A DNA stretch of 64,000 nt from Candidatus Multivoradales bacterium. GTDB taxonomy: Bacteria > Acidobacteriota > Thermoanaerobaculia > Multivoradales > JAHEKO01. The DNA lies in NCBI GenBank assembly GCA_965248055.1, contig CBDFIJ010000004.1:1248001-1312000 (forward strand), read 5' to 3'. The position numbers were made by a program, and so were the translations under genes. Positions 9,404 to 18,816 of this stretch are shown here, piece after piece (the stretch's first letter is position 1; each line of letters starts with the position of its first letter). Under the pieces are notes generated by a model. The model made no database searches, was not told where the DNA came from, and worked only from the letters and a program-made list of their open reading frames with translations.

Positions 9404-9642
9404 TGGATCACCTCCTTTTTCGAGCGTACTTAAGGTGCGGCAGGACCCAAACCCGCCCGGGACGAACAGCCGCTCCCAAACCGCCCGACCCGCCGCCCGG
9501 TTGACCAGGACACCAACGATGACCTGCCGACCGCTACGGAACTCGCCGCGATATTGACGCAATTGCCGCTGCTACGTCAATTTCAAGGGTCAAGGCTAGC
9601 CGCGATACAATTTAAGGTTCATGGATTCGGAGGAGGATTCTC

Positions 9643-10503
9643 ATGGCGAACTACAGAACCCCAGTTTTTGGTCGAGGGCAGCAGGTGCAGAGGCAACGCC
9701 GCGGTGGTTTTAACAAGGCTCGGCTACTTTTGGCCTTGGGGATCGCAGCCTTTTCTTTGCTGTCCTACTGCCGAACTCGTACCGAGAATCCGGTCACTGG
9801 CGAAACCCAATACGTAGATTTGTCCCCGGATCAAGAAATCGCCTTGGGACTCCAGGCAGCCCCAGAGATGGCCCAACAGCATGGCGGATTACATCCCGAT
9901 CGCGCGGCTCAGGACCAAGTCGACCTGGTGGGCGGTGAGATTGTAAGCAAGTCGATGGCAAGTCAAACGCCCTACAACTTTGAATTTCATCTCCTCGCCG
10001 ACCCCAACACGGTCAACGCCTTTGCTCTCCCAGGGGGCCAAGTGTTTATTACTGCAGCGCTCTACAACCGATTGGAATCAATTGGCCAACTGGCAGGAGT
10101 TCTAGGACATGAGGTCGCTCACGTGGTTGGGCGCCATGGTGCCGAGCACATGGCCAAAGCCAAGCTAACCCAAGGCCTGGCTGGCGCTGCGGTGCTGGCA
10201 ACCTCTGATCCTTCGCAGAGATCCGCTGGTATCGCGCAGATGATCGGCCGCATGATCAACATGAAATATGGGCGGGCAGATGAACTGGAGTCCGACAAGT
10301 TTGGGATTTGGTTCATGTCTGACGCCGGTTATGACCCCAGATCGATGGAGCGGGTGATGGAGATTTTGGCAGAGGCCTCCCAGGGGCCGCGGCCCGCCGA
10401 GTTCTTCTCCACCCACCCCAACCCAGAGCAACGGGTAGAGCAAATCCGGGCCGAGATTCAGCGTCGATTCCCCAGCGGGGTACCGTCGACTCTCAAGCCT
10501 TAG
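9643..10503 (+). CDS. M48 family metallopeptidase
   Basis: VNAFALPGG, HEVAH, ELESD, FFSTHP; GGAGGA RBS. Confidence 0.92.
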   Translation: MANYRTPVFGRGQQVQRQRRGGFNKARLLLALGIAAFSLLSYCRTRTENPVTGETQYVDLSPDQEIALGLQAAPEMAQQHGGLHPDRAAQDQVDLVGGEIVSKSMASQTPYNFEFHLLADPNTVNAFALPGGQVFITAALYNRLESIGQLAGVLGHEVAHVVGRHGAEHMAKAKLTQGLAGAAVLATSDPSQRSAGIAQMIGRMINMKYGRADELESDKFGIWFMSDAGYDPRSMERVMEILAEASQGPRPAEFFSTHPNPEQRVEQIRAEIQRRFPSGVPSTLKP

Positions 10504-10550
10504 CGGTTGGTTAGATCGCTTTTCTCTGGGGTCTGGATGGACACTGGGGA

Positions 10551-11264
10551 TCAACCTATGAGTAGCTGCATCGCTCCCCACCAGATCGGCCAAAATACGG
10601 TGCCGATCAACTGCCACGCGACCACTAGGCCGACTAGTCTGAGCATCGGGTTGCGCATCCAGTCGCGGTAGGCGTCGGTCCACTTGTTGGGGAGAAACAG
10701 CGGTAGAACCGCGTGGCCATCCAAGGGTGGCACGGGAAACAGGTTAAACACCCCGAGCAGTAAGTTGAGAGAAAACAGGATCGACAGCAAGGCGGCGACC
10801 GCTTGCATCGCTCCACCACTGGTTGCCACCACCACCGCGTCGAAACCGGTGCCGGCTGGGCTCAGCCAACCGAGGGCAATCCCAATCCGGATGATCACAC
10901 CGGCGATCGCCGCCACAAGGAAATTGGCAGCAGGCCCGGCAGCTGCCATCCATGCAGAGCGTTTCGGGTAACGCGCCGCCCACTGCGGGTTGTAGGGTGC
11001 ACTGGCCCAACCCATCGCCCAGCCCATCAAGAGATATGACGCCACCGGCACCACCACGGTGCCAAAGGGTTCTCGTCGAATATGCGGAATTGGATTGAGG
11101 GTAACTTGGCCACCTAGGTAAGCGGTGGGATCGCCCAGTTTCCACGCTGACCAGGCATGGGCAGCTTCATGAACCGTAAGCGAGAGCAAGAAAGCTAGAT
11201 ACCAGATCAGTCCCAGGGCGAGGAATTGGCCGTTGAGGATTTCCATGCGCGGAAGGATACTCAA
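10551..11264 (-). CDS. Site-2 protease (M50) family protein
   Basis: HEAAH, AAGPAAN, FNLFPVPPLDG. Confidence 0.92.
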   Translation of the reverse strand: MSILPRMEILNGQFLALGLIWYLAFLLSLTVHEAAHAWSAWKLGDPTAYLGGQVTLNPIPHIRREPFGTVVVPVASYLLMGWAMGWASAPYNPQWAARYPKRSAWMAAAGPAANFLVAAIAGVIIRIGIALGWLSPAGTGFDAVVVATSGGAMQAVAALLSILFSLNLLLGVFNLFPVPPLDGHAVLPLFLPNKWTDAYRDWMRNPMLRLVGLVVAWQLIGTVFWPIWWGAMQLLIG

Positions 11265-11375
11265 TTGTTGACCAATCTGGACTGTCGCAGTGAATCTTCA
11301 AGTGGATTGTGGCGACACGTCGCCGGCCCGAATCATCCGTTTGGTCGATTGACTGGCCTTTGGACTGGGCTCTAG

Positions 11376-11514
11376 GAGCCTGCTGAAAAACGATTTTGAG
11401 GGTGCCGGAAAACCTGAGATGGCTCGTTCAGAAGACCAAAACAAAGGACTTACGCCGACGGTCGTGCAAGATTGATCCTCAAACCGCCAAATCTGCGACT
11501 TTTTCAGCAGGCTG
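11376..11514. mobile_element. MITE (139 bp, non-autonomous IS derivative)
   Basis: TIRs GAGCCTGCTGAAAAA / TTTTTCAGCAGGCTG (14/15), CTAG on both sides (11372-11375, 11515-11518). Confidence 0.75.
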
Positions 11515-11706
11515 CTAGAGGCTGAGGTTTTCGGTGTGAAGTCTTGGGTCTAGAGTTCTGGGTCTAGAGTTCTGGGTCTGGGCTCTCGGTCTCCTTCTTA
11601 GGTCTGGGCCTCTAGATGTGAGCCGCGAGTCGACCCTCTGCTCGACCGAGGCCTAAGAAGGCCGATCCATTCGGTTTTCGCAACACCATCCTTGACCTGA
11701 GTACTC

Positions 11707-11736
11707 TTGACATAAGTGATATCACTCCAATATCAT
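11707..11736 (+). promoter_or_regulatory. Sigma70-like promoter with palindromic operator
   Basis: TTGACA-N18-TATCAT; perfect palindrome AGTGATATCACT (11715-11726) in the spacer. Confidence 0.6.
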
Positions 11737-11775
11737 ATCGATATACAAACTTCCCCGAAGGGAAAGGAGAAATCC

Positions 11776-12645
11776 ATGATGCAAGAAAAGAAAAAGCAAG
11801 CAATGCCGGGGTTCTTTATGGTTGCCATCCTGATCGCGGCTGCTGCTGCCCTGGCGTGGCCGTTTGTCAGCGCCCCGTTCGCCCGCTCGCCGATGGCGAT
11901 TGCCACCGGAGTGCTGATCGGCTGCGTGATCCTGCTCTTCACCGCGGGGTTTTTCACCGTCCATCCCAACCGGCCTCAACTGCTGCAACTGTTTGGCTCC
12001 TATCGAGGTACCGCCCACGAGCCGGGATTGCGCTGGGCAAATCCGCTATTGACCAAACGAAAGGTGTCGGTCAGAACCCGCAACTTCGAGACCGGCAAGC
12101 TCAAGGTCAACGACCTCAACGGCAATCCGATCGAGACTGCAGCGGTGGTGGTTTGGCGCGTGGTGGACACTGCCGAAGCGATTTTCAACGTCGACGATTA
12201 CCGCGACTTCGTCCACGTCCAGAGTGAAGCCGCGTTGCGTAATATGGCGACTGGTTACCCCTACGACGCCCACGAAGGGGAAGAGATTTCGCTGACCGGC
12301 AATACCGCCGAAATCTCAGAGCAGCTACGCAGAGAGGTTCAAGAACGACTGACGAAAGCCGGCATCGACGTCCTCGAAGCGCGCATCAGCCACCTCGCTT
12401 ATGCTCCGGAAATCGCCGCGGCGATGTTGCAACGCCAACAGGCTTCCGCGGTGGTGGCGGCAAGACAGAAGATCGTCGAGGGCGCAGTGGGTATGGTCGA
12501 GAGCGCACTCGAGTTGCTTTCCGAAAAGAGTATCCTTGAACTCGACGAAGAACGAAAGGCGGCGATGGTTTCGAACTTGCTAGTCGTTTTGTGCAGCGAT
12601 CGGCATACTCAGCCGGTGGTGAATACCGGAACATTGCACAACTAG
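11776..12645 (+). CDS. SPFH domain (band 7) protein
   Basis: [31 protein letters not shown]; AAGGAG RBS. Confidence 0.92.
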   Translation: MMQEKKKQAMPGFFMVAILIAAAAALAWPFVSAPFARSPMAIATGVLIGCVILLFTAGFFTVHPNRPQLLQLFGSYRGTAHEPGLRWANPLLTKRKVSVRTRNFETGKLKVNDLNGNPIETAAVVVWRVVDTAEAIFNVDDYRDFVHVQSEAALRNMATGYPYDAHEGEEISLTGNTAEISEQLRREVQERLTKAGIDVLEARISHLAYAPEIAAAMLQRQQASAVVAARQKIVEGAVGMVESALELLSEKSILELDEERKAAMVSNLLVVLCSDRHTQPVVNTGTLHN

Positions 12646-12677
12646 AACCACGTACAAATAGTTGATCGTCAACCGTC

Positions 12678-12890
12678 ATGGCCGCTCGCAAAGCATTCCC
12701 TCTTCGCATCAACCCTCGTTTGTACGAGGCTCTGCGTCGATGGTCGGATGACGAGCTGCGCAGCGTCAACGGCCAAATTGAGTATTTGCTGTTGGAGGCG
12801 GCCAAGCGCGCCGGCCGCTGGAAACCCCCAACCGACCAGACCCTCGAACCGGGACAAAAGCCGAACGCGGGTGGAGATTCTGCCGACTGA
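12678..12890 (+). CDS. Arc-family ribbon-helix-helix DNA-binding protein
   Basis: [35 protein letters not shown]; usual partner of this SPFH subfamily. Confidence 0.85.
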   Translation: MAARKAFPLRINPRLYEALRRWSDDELRSVNGQIEYLLLEAAKRAGRWKPPTDQTLEPGQKPNAGGDSAD

Positions 12891-12923
12891 TAGCAGCTAC
12901 TATCTATTCCAGAGGCAATTGTC

Positions 12924-13745
12924 ATGAGTGATCTTAGCCAGTGGTTTCTTGTTCAGCACCCGATCTTCCAGGCGTTCTTGGCGACGCTATTCACCTGGGG
13001 AGTAACCGCCCTGGGCGCCTCCTTGGTGTTCTTCTTCCGCACCGTCAACCGCAAGGTGCTCGACGGCATGCTGGGTTTTGCCGCTGGAGTGATGATCGCC
13101 GCCAGTTTTTGGTCTTTACTGGCGCCCGCCATTGAGATGTCCGAGAGCATGGGCCTCAGCTCCTGGCGCCCCGCCACCATCGGCTTCTTGCTGGGCGGGG
13201 TATTTTTGTGGTCGCTGGACAAGATACTCCCGCATCTCCATCTGGGCTTTCCTATTGAGGAAGCGGAAGGGATTCCCACTCGCTGGCGCCGTGCTGTGCT
13301 GTTGGTCTCCGCCATCACCCTGCACAACATTCCCGAGGGCCTGGCGGTCGGCGTGGCCTTCGGCGCCGTGGCCGCAGATCTCCCAGCCGCCACCATGGCT
13401 GGAGCCATCGCCCTGGCGATCGGCATCGGTATTCAAAATTTCCCCGAGGGGGCTGCAGTGTCAGTGCCTTTGCGTCGCGAGGGCATGTCGCGACGCAAGT
13501 CCTTTTGGTACGGGCAGCTTTCAGGGATGGTGGAACCAATTGCTGGGGTACTAGGCGCGGCGCTGGTTCTGGCGATGCGTCCGATCCTTCCCTACGCCTT
13601 GGCTTTCGCAGCGGGAGCGATGATCTATGTGGTGGTCGAAGAGCTGATCCCTGAATCGCAGTTGGAGAAGAACACAGACTTGGCGACGATCGGAGCAATG
13701 CTCGGATTCGCGGTCATGATGACTCTGGACGTGGCGTTGGGTTGA
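12924..13745 (+). CDS. ZIP family metal transporter (GufA/ZupT-like)
   Basis: [23 protein letters not shown]. Confidence 0.92.
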   Translation: MSDLSQWFLVQHPIFQAFLATLFTWGVTALGASLVFFFRTVNRKVLDGMLGFAAGVMIAASFWSLLAPAIEMSESMGLSSWRPATIGFLLGGVFLWSLDKILPHLHLGFPIEEAEGIPTRWRRAVLLVSAITLHNIPEGLAVGVAFGAVAADLPAATMAGAIALAIGIGIQNFPEGAAVSVPLRREGMSRRKSFWYGQLSGMVEPIAGVLGAALVLAMRPILPYALAFAAGAMIYVVVEELIPESQLEKNTDLATIGAMLGFAVMMTLDVALG

Positions 13746-13747
13746 TC

Positions 13748-14494
13748 ATGGAATCGCTACGACAATTTCGAACCCTGTCCTTCGACTGCTACGGCACTCT
13801 GATCGACTGGGAGAGCGGGATCTGGTCCCAGTTGCAGCCGTGGTTAACAACAGTCGCACCGCGTCACCAGGCAGTCTCGCAATACGACCGAGAGTCCATC
13901 TTGGCGCAGTTCGGCGCCTTAGAATCCGCCGTCGAAGACAAATCCCCGGATGCCCTCTACCCACAGATCTTGACCGAAGTTCATCATCAGCTCGCCGACC
14001 GGCTGGAGATCGAACGAGACTCCGACGCCGCGCAGAAGTTTGCCGCCTCGGTGGGTGAGTGGCCGCCGTTTACCGATACCGCCAAGGCGCTCAAGCGGCT
14101 CTCCAGGCGGTATCGCTTGGTGATTCTTTCCAACATCGACCGCAATAGCTTCTCCCACTCTGCGCTCCAGATCGGCGTTGAATTCGATGCGGTTCACACC
14201 GCACAAGACATTGGCAGCTACAAGCCCGACCACAGGAACTTTGAATACTTGTTGCGTCGCGAAACTGAACTAGGGATTTTCCCTGAGCAGATCCTGCACG
14301 TGGCCCAGAGCCTCTACCATGACCACGTTCCCGCCCAAGCTTCCGGTTTGGCTACCTGCTGGATCGATCGTCGTGATGGTCAAATCGGCGGCGCGACGCC
14401 AACCCCCGAGCAACCGGTGCAGCCGCATTGGCGATTTTCCAGCATGAGCGATTTTGCCGCAGCAGTGGACAATGCATTCGACCTCCAGTCCTGA
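13748..14494 (+). CDS. HAD-superfamily hydrolase (haloacid dehalogenase type II-like)
   Basis: FDCYGTLIDWE, LSNID, YKPD, HVAQSLYHDH. Confidence 0.9.
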   Translation: MESLRQFRTLSFDCYGTLIDWESGIWSQLQPWLTTVAPRHQAVSQYDRESILAQFGALESAVEDKSPDALYPQILTEVHHQLADRLEIERDSDAAQKFAASVGEWPPFTDTAKALKRLSRRYRLVILSNIDRNSFSHSALQIGVEFDAVHTAQDIGSYKPDHRNFEYLLRRETELGIFPEQILHVAQSLYHDHVPAQASGLATCWIDRRDGQIGGATPTPEQPVQPHWRFSSMSDFAAAVDNAFDLQS

Positions 14495-15101
14495 GCTTCC
14501 CGAGCTCAAGGCCGGCATCTTGATCGGCGGCCAGAGCAACCGCATGGGGCAGCCCAAACAGTTGCTTGAACTAGATGGAAGACCGCTGCTGGACTACGCG
14601 GTTCAGTCTCTTTGCCTATTCAAGGAGATTGCCTTGATCGGTCCGGGGCCAGTCCCCGAACAGCACAGCGCACTACGACCCATCGCCGACGCCGAGGGTT
14701 TTCGAGGGCCTTTGGCGGGAATCGGCGGCGCGTTGCAATCGCAGCCACTGTGTTCATGGTTGATAGTCGCCTGCGATCAGCCTTGGCTGTCTGAAGGCGC
14801 GATCGAATGGCTATTGCGACAAAGACGGCCCGGCGCGATCGCGGTCATTCCTCACAGCGCCTCTAGACCGCAACCATTTCCAGGGATCTATGAAGCCTGT
14901 TTCCTAGAAGTACTGACTAATGAATCATCAGCTCGAACTAGGCTCGCGGATCAAGGGCTTGGAATTTCCAGTTTTTCTGAACTACCCACTGTTCACTCGC
15001 CGACACTGCCGGACTCAGTGGTTGGTGCCTGGGGCAGCGTCAATACGCCCGACGATTTGCGCGACGCCTCCGTCGCGAAGACCCAGTTCTCGTTCACCTA
15101 G
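14472..15101 (+). CDS. mobA: Molybdenum cofactor guanylyltransferase
   Basis: ILIGGQSNRMG..K, GPLAGI, ACDQP, SVNTPDD. Confidence 0.8.
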   Translation: MHSTSSPELPELKAGILIGGQSNRMGQPKQLLELDGRPLLDYAVQSLCLFKEIALIGPGPVPEQHSALRPIADAEGFRGPLAGIGGALQSQPLCSWLIVACDQPWLSEGAIEWLLRQRRPGAIAVIPHSASRPQPFPGIYEACFLEVLTNESSARTRLADQGLGISSFSELPTVHSPTLPDSVVGAWGSVNTPDDLRDASVAKTQFSFT

Positions 15102-16522
15102 TCCGCAACGATCACCTCAGGACCCAATTTTTCGCGCAACCGATCATTGATCCATTTGCCATCCCACCACTCGGTCGGATTGACTTGTTCTCCGCCCACC
15201 AAAACCGTGTAGTGCAGGTGGTCGCCGCCCGCTAGACCGGTGGCTCCAGTACGACCCACAACATCTCCTCGCTCGATCTCTTGGCCTTGTTCAACATCGA
15301 TCGACGAGAGATGCGCATAGAGAGTCATCAGGCCGAAACCATGGTCAACCACCACCGTGTTGCCGTAGATACCGAAATACTCGGCCATAGCCACCACTCC
15401 GCGGTTGGCTGAGGGAACCGGCGCGCGACGCACCGAGGCCAGGTCGTAGCCAAGATGAGTCTGCTGATCGACCGCTTGGCCGTCGTAAACGTAGGTTCGG
15501 CGGTCGGCGAAACTCGACATCACCTGCCCGTTGGGCAGAGGCAAGAAAGCGCCGCGCCACAGGAACTCAGCACGACTGAAATCCGCGAGATCGCGCAATG
15601 TCTGGGTGTTTTTCTGCCGCAGACCGCCGTTGATCGCCAGATAGTTTTCTAACAGCCCTCCGTGGTCTTCCAACTCCGGGGTCGCGGTCATAATCTCGGG
15701 CACCACCTTTTCCAAGAACGAGTCTGGCAGTTCAATGGTGTCGGTGGTCGGAGGGCTGGCCATCAAACGATCGACGAAGGTGCGGCGACTGGTCATGCCC
15801 GCGTCGTTCTCGGCCACCAACTGAACGTCATTGGGTTGGTCGACATCGTAGGGAACGGCAAACAAAGAAAACCACTCTCCATCTCGACCGGGAACCGGAT
15901 GGCCAGGGAAGAACACTTCACCCACCTCGACACCGCTGCGCTCAGCGTGTTCCCCCACCCGATAAACCACCGCTTCGGCTCCACCTTGTCGCGGATAGTG
16001 ATGGCTGGAAGCAACCGAGATTCTCGGTGCGGACCGGCGCACCGGAAAGGACACGGTAATCACTTGCGGAGCGGGTCGCCGAAGCCAGGTCGGCGCAGGC
16101 CAAGCCGACACTTCGACCGTGATTTCCTCTCCGCTCCAACCCTCCAACTGCTCGTGGGTAACCGGAAACGAGAGTTGGTCCTCTGCGGTTCCAGAACTCC
16201 AGAACTTCCACGACGGAGCCGGATCATACTGCTGGTCGCCGAGGTCCAATTGACGCTCCCCTTGGGTTAAACGGGTGGCGACACGATAGAGACCTCGCTT
16301 GGCGGAGGTGGCGGTGACTTGCACCTGGTTGTCGCCACCAAACGCCGGACGCTGGCTGTTGACCACAATCTCAGGTGCATCACCAGTTCGTAAACTAGCC
16401 CAAACCGTGAACACCAGGGCCACCAGCAAGACAAGCCACAGCCAAATGCGATGGTGTTTCGGTGAAGCTCCGTACTGCGGATGCGGATAGCCCGACCGTG
16501 GTTCTTTGTTTCTGTTAAACAT
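15098..16522 (-). CDS. M23 family metallopeptidase
   Basis: HLGYD, YGN.VVVDHG..LYAHL, HLHY; RBS before ATG 16522. Confidence 0.92.
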   Translation of the reverse strand: MFNRNKEPRSGYPHPQYGASPKHHRIWLWLVLLVALVFTVWASLRTGDAPEIVVNSQRPAFGGDNQVQVTATSAKRGLYRVATRLTQGERQLDLGDQQYDPAPSWKFWSSGTAEDQLSFPVTHEQLEGWSGEEITVEVSAWPAPTWLRRPAPQVITVSFPVRRSAPRISVASSHHYPRQGGAEAVVYRVGEHAERSGVEVGEVFFPGHPVPGRDGEWFSLFAVPYDVDQPNDVQLVAENDAGMTSRRTFVDRLMASPPTTDTIELPDSFLEKVVPEIMTATPELEDHGGLLENYLAINGGLRQKNTQTLRDLADFSRAEFLWRGAFLPLPNGQVMSSFADRRTYVYDGQAVDQQTHLGYDLASVRRAPVPSANRGVVAMAEYFGIYGNTVVVDHGFGLMTLYAHLSSIDVEQGQEIERGDVVGRTGATGLAGGDHLHYTVLVGGEQVNPTEWWDGKWINDRLREKLGPEVIVAD

Positions 16523-16594
16523 GTCCTTCCCTCTCAAAAAGCATATTGGCCTACGGTGCCCTGGTCGATTGCCGACCTGACCCTGTTCTCCATC

Positions 16595-16611
16595 TGCAAC
16601 TGCATTGCCAA
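16595..16611 (-). promoter_or_regulatory. Putative sigma54 (-24/-12) promoter for the M23 gene
   Basis: TTGGCAATGCAGTTGCA, GG-N10-GC spacing, ~70 nt upstream of ATG. Confidence 0.45.
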
Positions 16612-16906
16612 TGCGGCCACTCAAACTAACAGCCAAACTAGTAGCCAAATTGGCAGCTAACCCGCTCAGGCCCATCGAGCGCCCACGCGGAGCGCGGTTC
16701 TCACAGACCGACTACCCTAACCCAAGTCAGCAACAGTTCGTAGACGCAAGGGGCACAGGAAACGGGCAGACCCCATCCGGCCCCGCGCCAAGCCAAATGA
16801 AACGTGCCAAACTAGTCGAACCCGACATGGGGTCGGGCGACAACCGAAGGCGCTGAAACGTTGCAGAGGGGCTCCTCTGCTACAACCAAACCCTTCTCGG
16901 GGCAAC

Positions 16907-17959
16907 ATGGCACTGTTTCGCAAGCCGACGCTCACCAGCTTGGCAAAGACCTGCGGCTGAGCGGCTAAGTTGAGTCCGGTCGGACTCTCTGGCCTGCTCG
17001 AAACGCTTCCCGCGGTCTTGGACGAGAACCTGCTGGTGGGCGTTGAAACGCTGGACGACGCGGCGATCTATCGCTTGGATGACCAGACCGCGATCGTCGT
17101 CACCGCCGACGTGATTACTCCGCCGGTGGACGACCCTTTTGTGTTTGGACAAATCGGTGCGGCAAATGCTCTGTCCGATATCTACGCCATGGGAGCCCGC
17201 CCCTTGGTAGCACTGAATCTGATCGGTTTCCCCGACGACAAACTTCCCCCAGAGACATTGCACGCCATCGTCGCCGGAGCCAATGAACGGGTGATGGCGG
17301 CCGGGGCGGTGCTTGGTGGTGGCCACACAATGCGCGACGACGAACCCAAATTCGGCCTAGCGGTAACCGGTCAAGTACACCCGAATCAATACTGGGCGAA
17401 CGCCGGTGCGCAACCCGGCGACGCTTTGATCCTGACCAAACCGATCGGCAGCGGGGTGCTATTCAACGCCATTCGTGCCAACAAGCTTCACCCCGACGAC
17501 CTGGCGCCAGTGATCGATATCTTGATTGAACTCAACCGCCGAGCGGCAGAGGTTTTTCGCCGTTTCTCGGTGCATGCAGCGACCGACGTCACCGGCTTTG
17601 GCGTCGTCGGACACGCCACCGAGATGGCTGCCGCCTCAGCCGTCACCATGCATTTAGATTTCGACCAGATTCCAGTCTATCCAAGAGCTTTGGAGATGTA
17701 CCTTGGAGGTATCACAACCGCCTCCAATCTAGCCAACGATTCGATGACGCGCTCGTCAACCCGCATCGACGTGACCCTGAGACCGGAGCAAAAGGAACTT
17801 CTCTACGACCCACAGACCAGTGGCGGCTTGCTGGTCGCGGTACCCGCAGAGCAGTCTGCCGCAGTGCTGAGCGCACTAGCCGACAACGATGTCGATCTTG
17901 CGGCCGTGGTCGGCGAAGTTGGGCCGCACCAAGAGTCGATTTCCGTCGTCGTGCGGTAG
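16907..17959 (+). CDS. selD: Selenide, water dikinase with selenocysteine (UGA at 16958-16960)
   Basis: MALFRKPTLTSLAKTCG-U-AAKLSP; DDAA, NALSDIYAMG, TDVTGFG, DPQTSGGLL; SECIS-like hairpin. Confidence 0.93.
16972..16987 (+). promoter_or_regulatory. Bacterial SECIS element
   Basis: GAGTCC-GGTC-GGACTC hairpin starting 11 nt after the in-frame UGA, G at loop start. Confidence 0.75.
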
Positions 17960-18007
17960 CGAACCGTCCAAAAATTTTCAACACCGTCCCTCACCCGTTG
18001 CCTCCAG

Positions 18008-18808
18008 CTACAGCAAGCCGGGGAAAATCGCTCTGCGTTGACGCGGATAGTCTGCAAATTTTTCTTGATACCACCGGTGATGCGCGAGCGAGCGCGGCAC
18101 CAAGTTGGCGAAGGTCCAAACTGCAAACGCGGCCCCGGCCAGGGACCATCCGGTGATCGCCCAACCGATCCACTCGATTACCTCGCCCAGGTAGTTGGGG
18201 CAACTCACGAGGCGGTACAAAAACCCGCGCGGGATTTGGTACCCGCGGGCACCGGACTCTCTCCGGCGCTGCCCACTGAGGTGGCGCAAGATCGCGTCTG
18301 ATCGATGGTTGATCCAAGCTCCGCAAACCGCCACCGCAATCCCTATCCACAACCTCGGGTCTGTCCACCACGACTCTGGATAGCCACCCCATGGTGCAAC
18401 CAACCGACTGGCGATCAACCATCCGCTGACCAACTGAAAAGTAAACGCCATGGTCATGATGGTCACCGGGATTGGCTTGGCGTTGCTGCTCAGGCGAAAC
18501 GGATAGACCAAGATTCGGTAGCCGTAGTGCAGAAACCACATCGTCGCGATGGCGATGGCTGGCCCTTGTAAGCGGCCGGCGACGAGAAATCCCACCCACC
18601 ACAGCGCGGGCGACTCCATCATCACCCACGCCCAGCGTGCCGGTACTGCTGGACCCCAACCGGAGCGCAGGTGGCGGCCAAACGGTGCCGTGACCCAAAA
18701 GAGGGCGACAAAGGCCACCAGCGCAAGGCCAATCCAACTCCAGGCCACCGCTTGGTAGTTCGACTCCGACAACAATAGAGCGGTTCTGAACGTCGAGGCG
18801 CTAGTCAC
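18008..18808 (-). CDS. Steroid 5-alpha-reductase family (3-oxo-5-alpha-steroid 4-dehydrogenase)
   Basis: APFGRH, MESP, YQIPRG, SCPNYLGEVIEW, NLVPRSLAHHRWY. Confidence 0.9.
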   Translation of the reverse strand: MTSASTFRTALLLSESNYQAVAWSWIGLALVAFVALFWVTAPFGRHLRSGWGPAVPARWAWVMMESPALWWVGFLVAGRLQGPAIAIATMWFLHYGYRILVYPFRLSSNAKPIPVTIMTMAFTFQLVSGWLIASRLVAPWGGYPESWWTDPRLWIGIAVAVCGAWINHRSDAILRHLSGQRRRESGARGYQIPRGFLYRLVSCPNYLGEVIEWIGWAITGWSLAGAAFAVWTFANLVPRSLAHHRWYQEKFADYPRQRRAIFPGLL

Positions 18809-18816
18809 GAGGACCC

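Larger units (their letters stand above)
9250..9546 (-). ncRNA. Candidate structured small RNA with extended Shine-Dalgarno and 14-codon ORF
   Basis: Candidate promoter TTGACG-N18-CAATAT (9580-9551), long G-U-rich 5' stem, AAAGGAGGUGAUCCAG, 3' hairpin, terminator. Confidence 0.6.

Noticed and set aside
9403-9418. 16S rRNA gene 3' end (CTGGATCACCTCCTTT on + strand)
   Set aside because: Only 16 nt match and no other 16S sequence upstream; read instead as an extended SD on the minus strand
16970-17959. ORF-track start of selD at TTG 16970
   Set aside because: Omits the catalytic residue; the upstream ATG, in-frame UGA and SECIS explain the gene better
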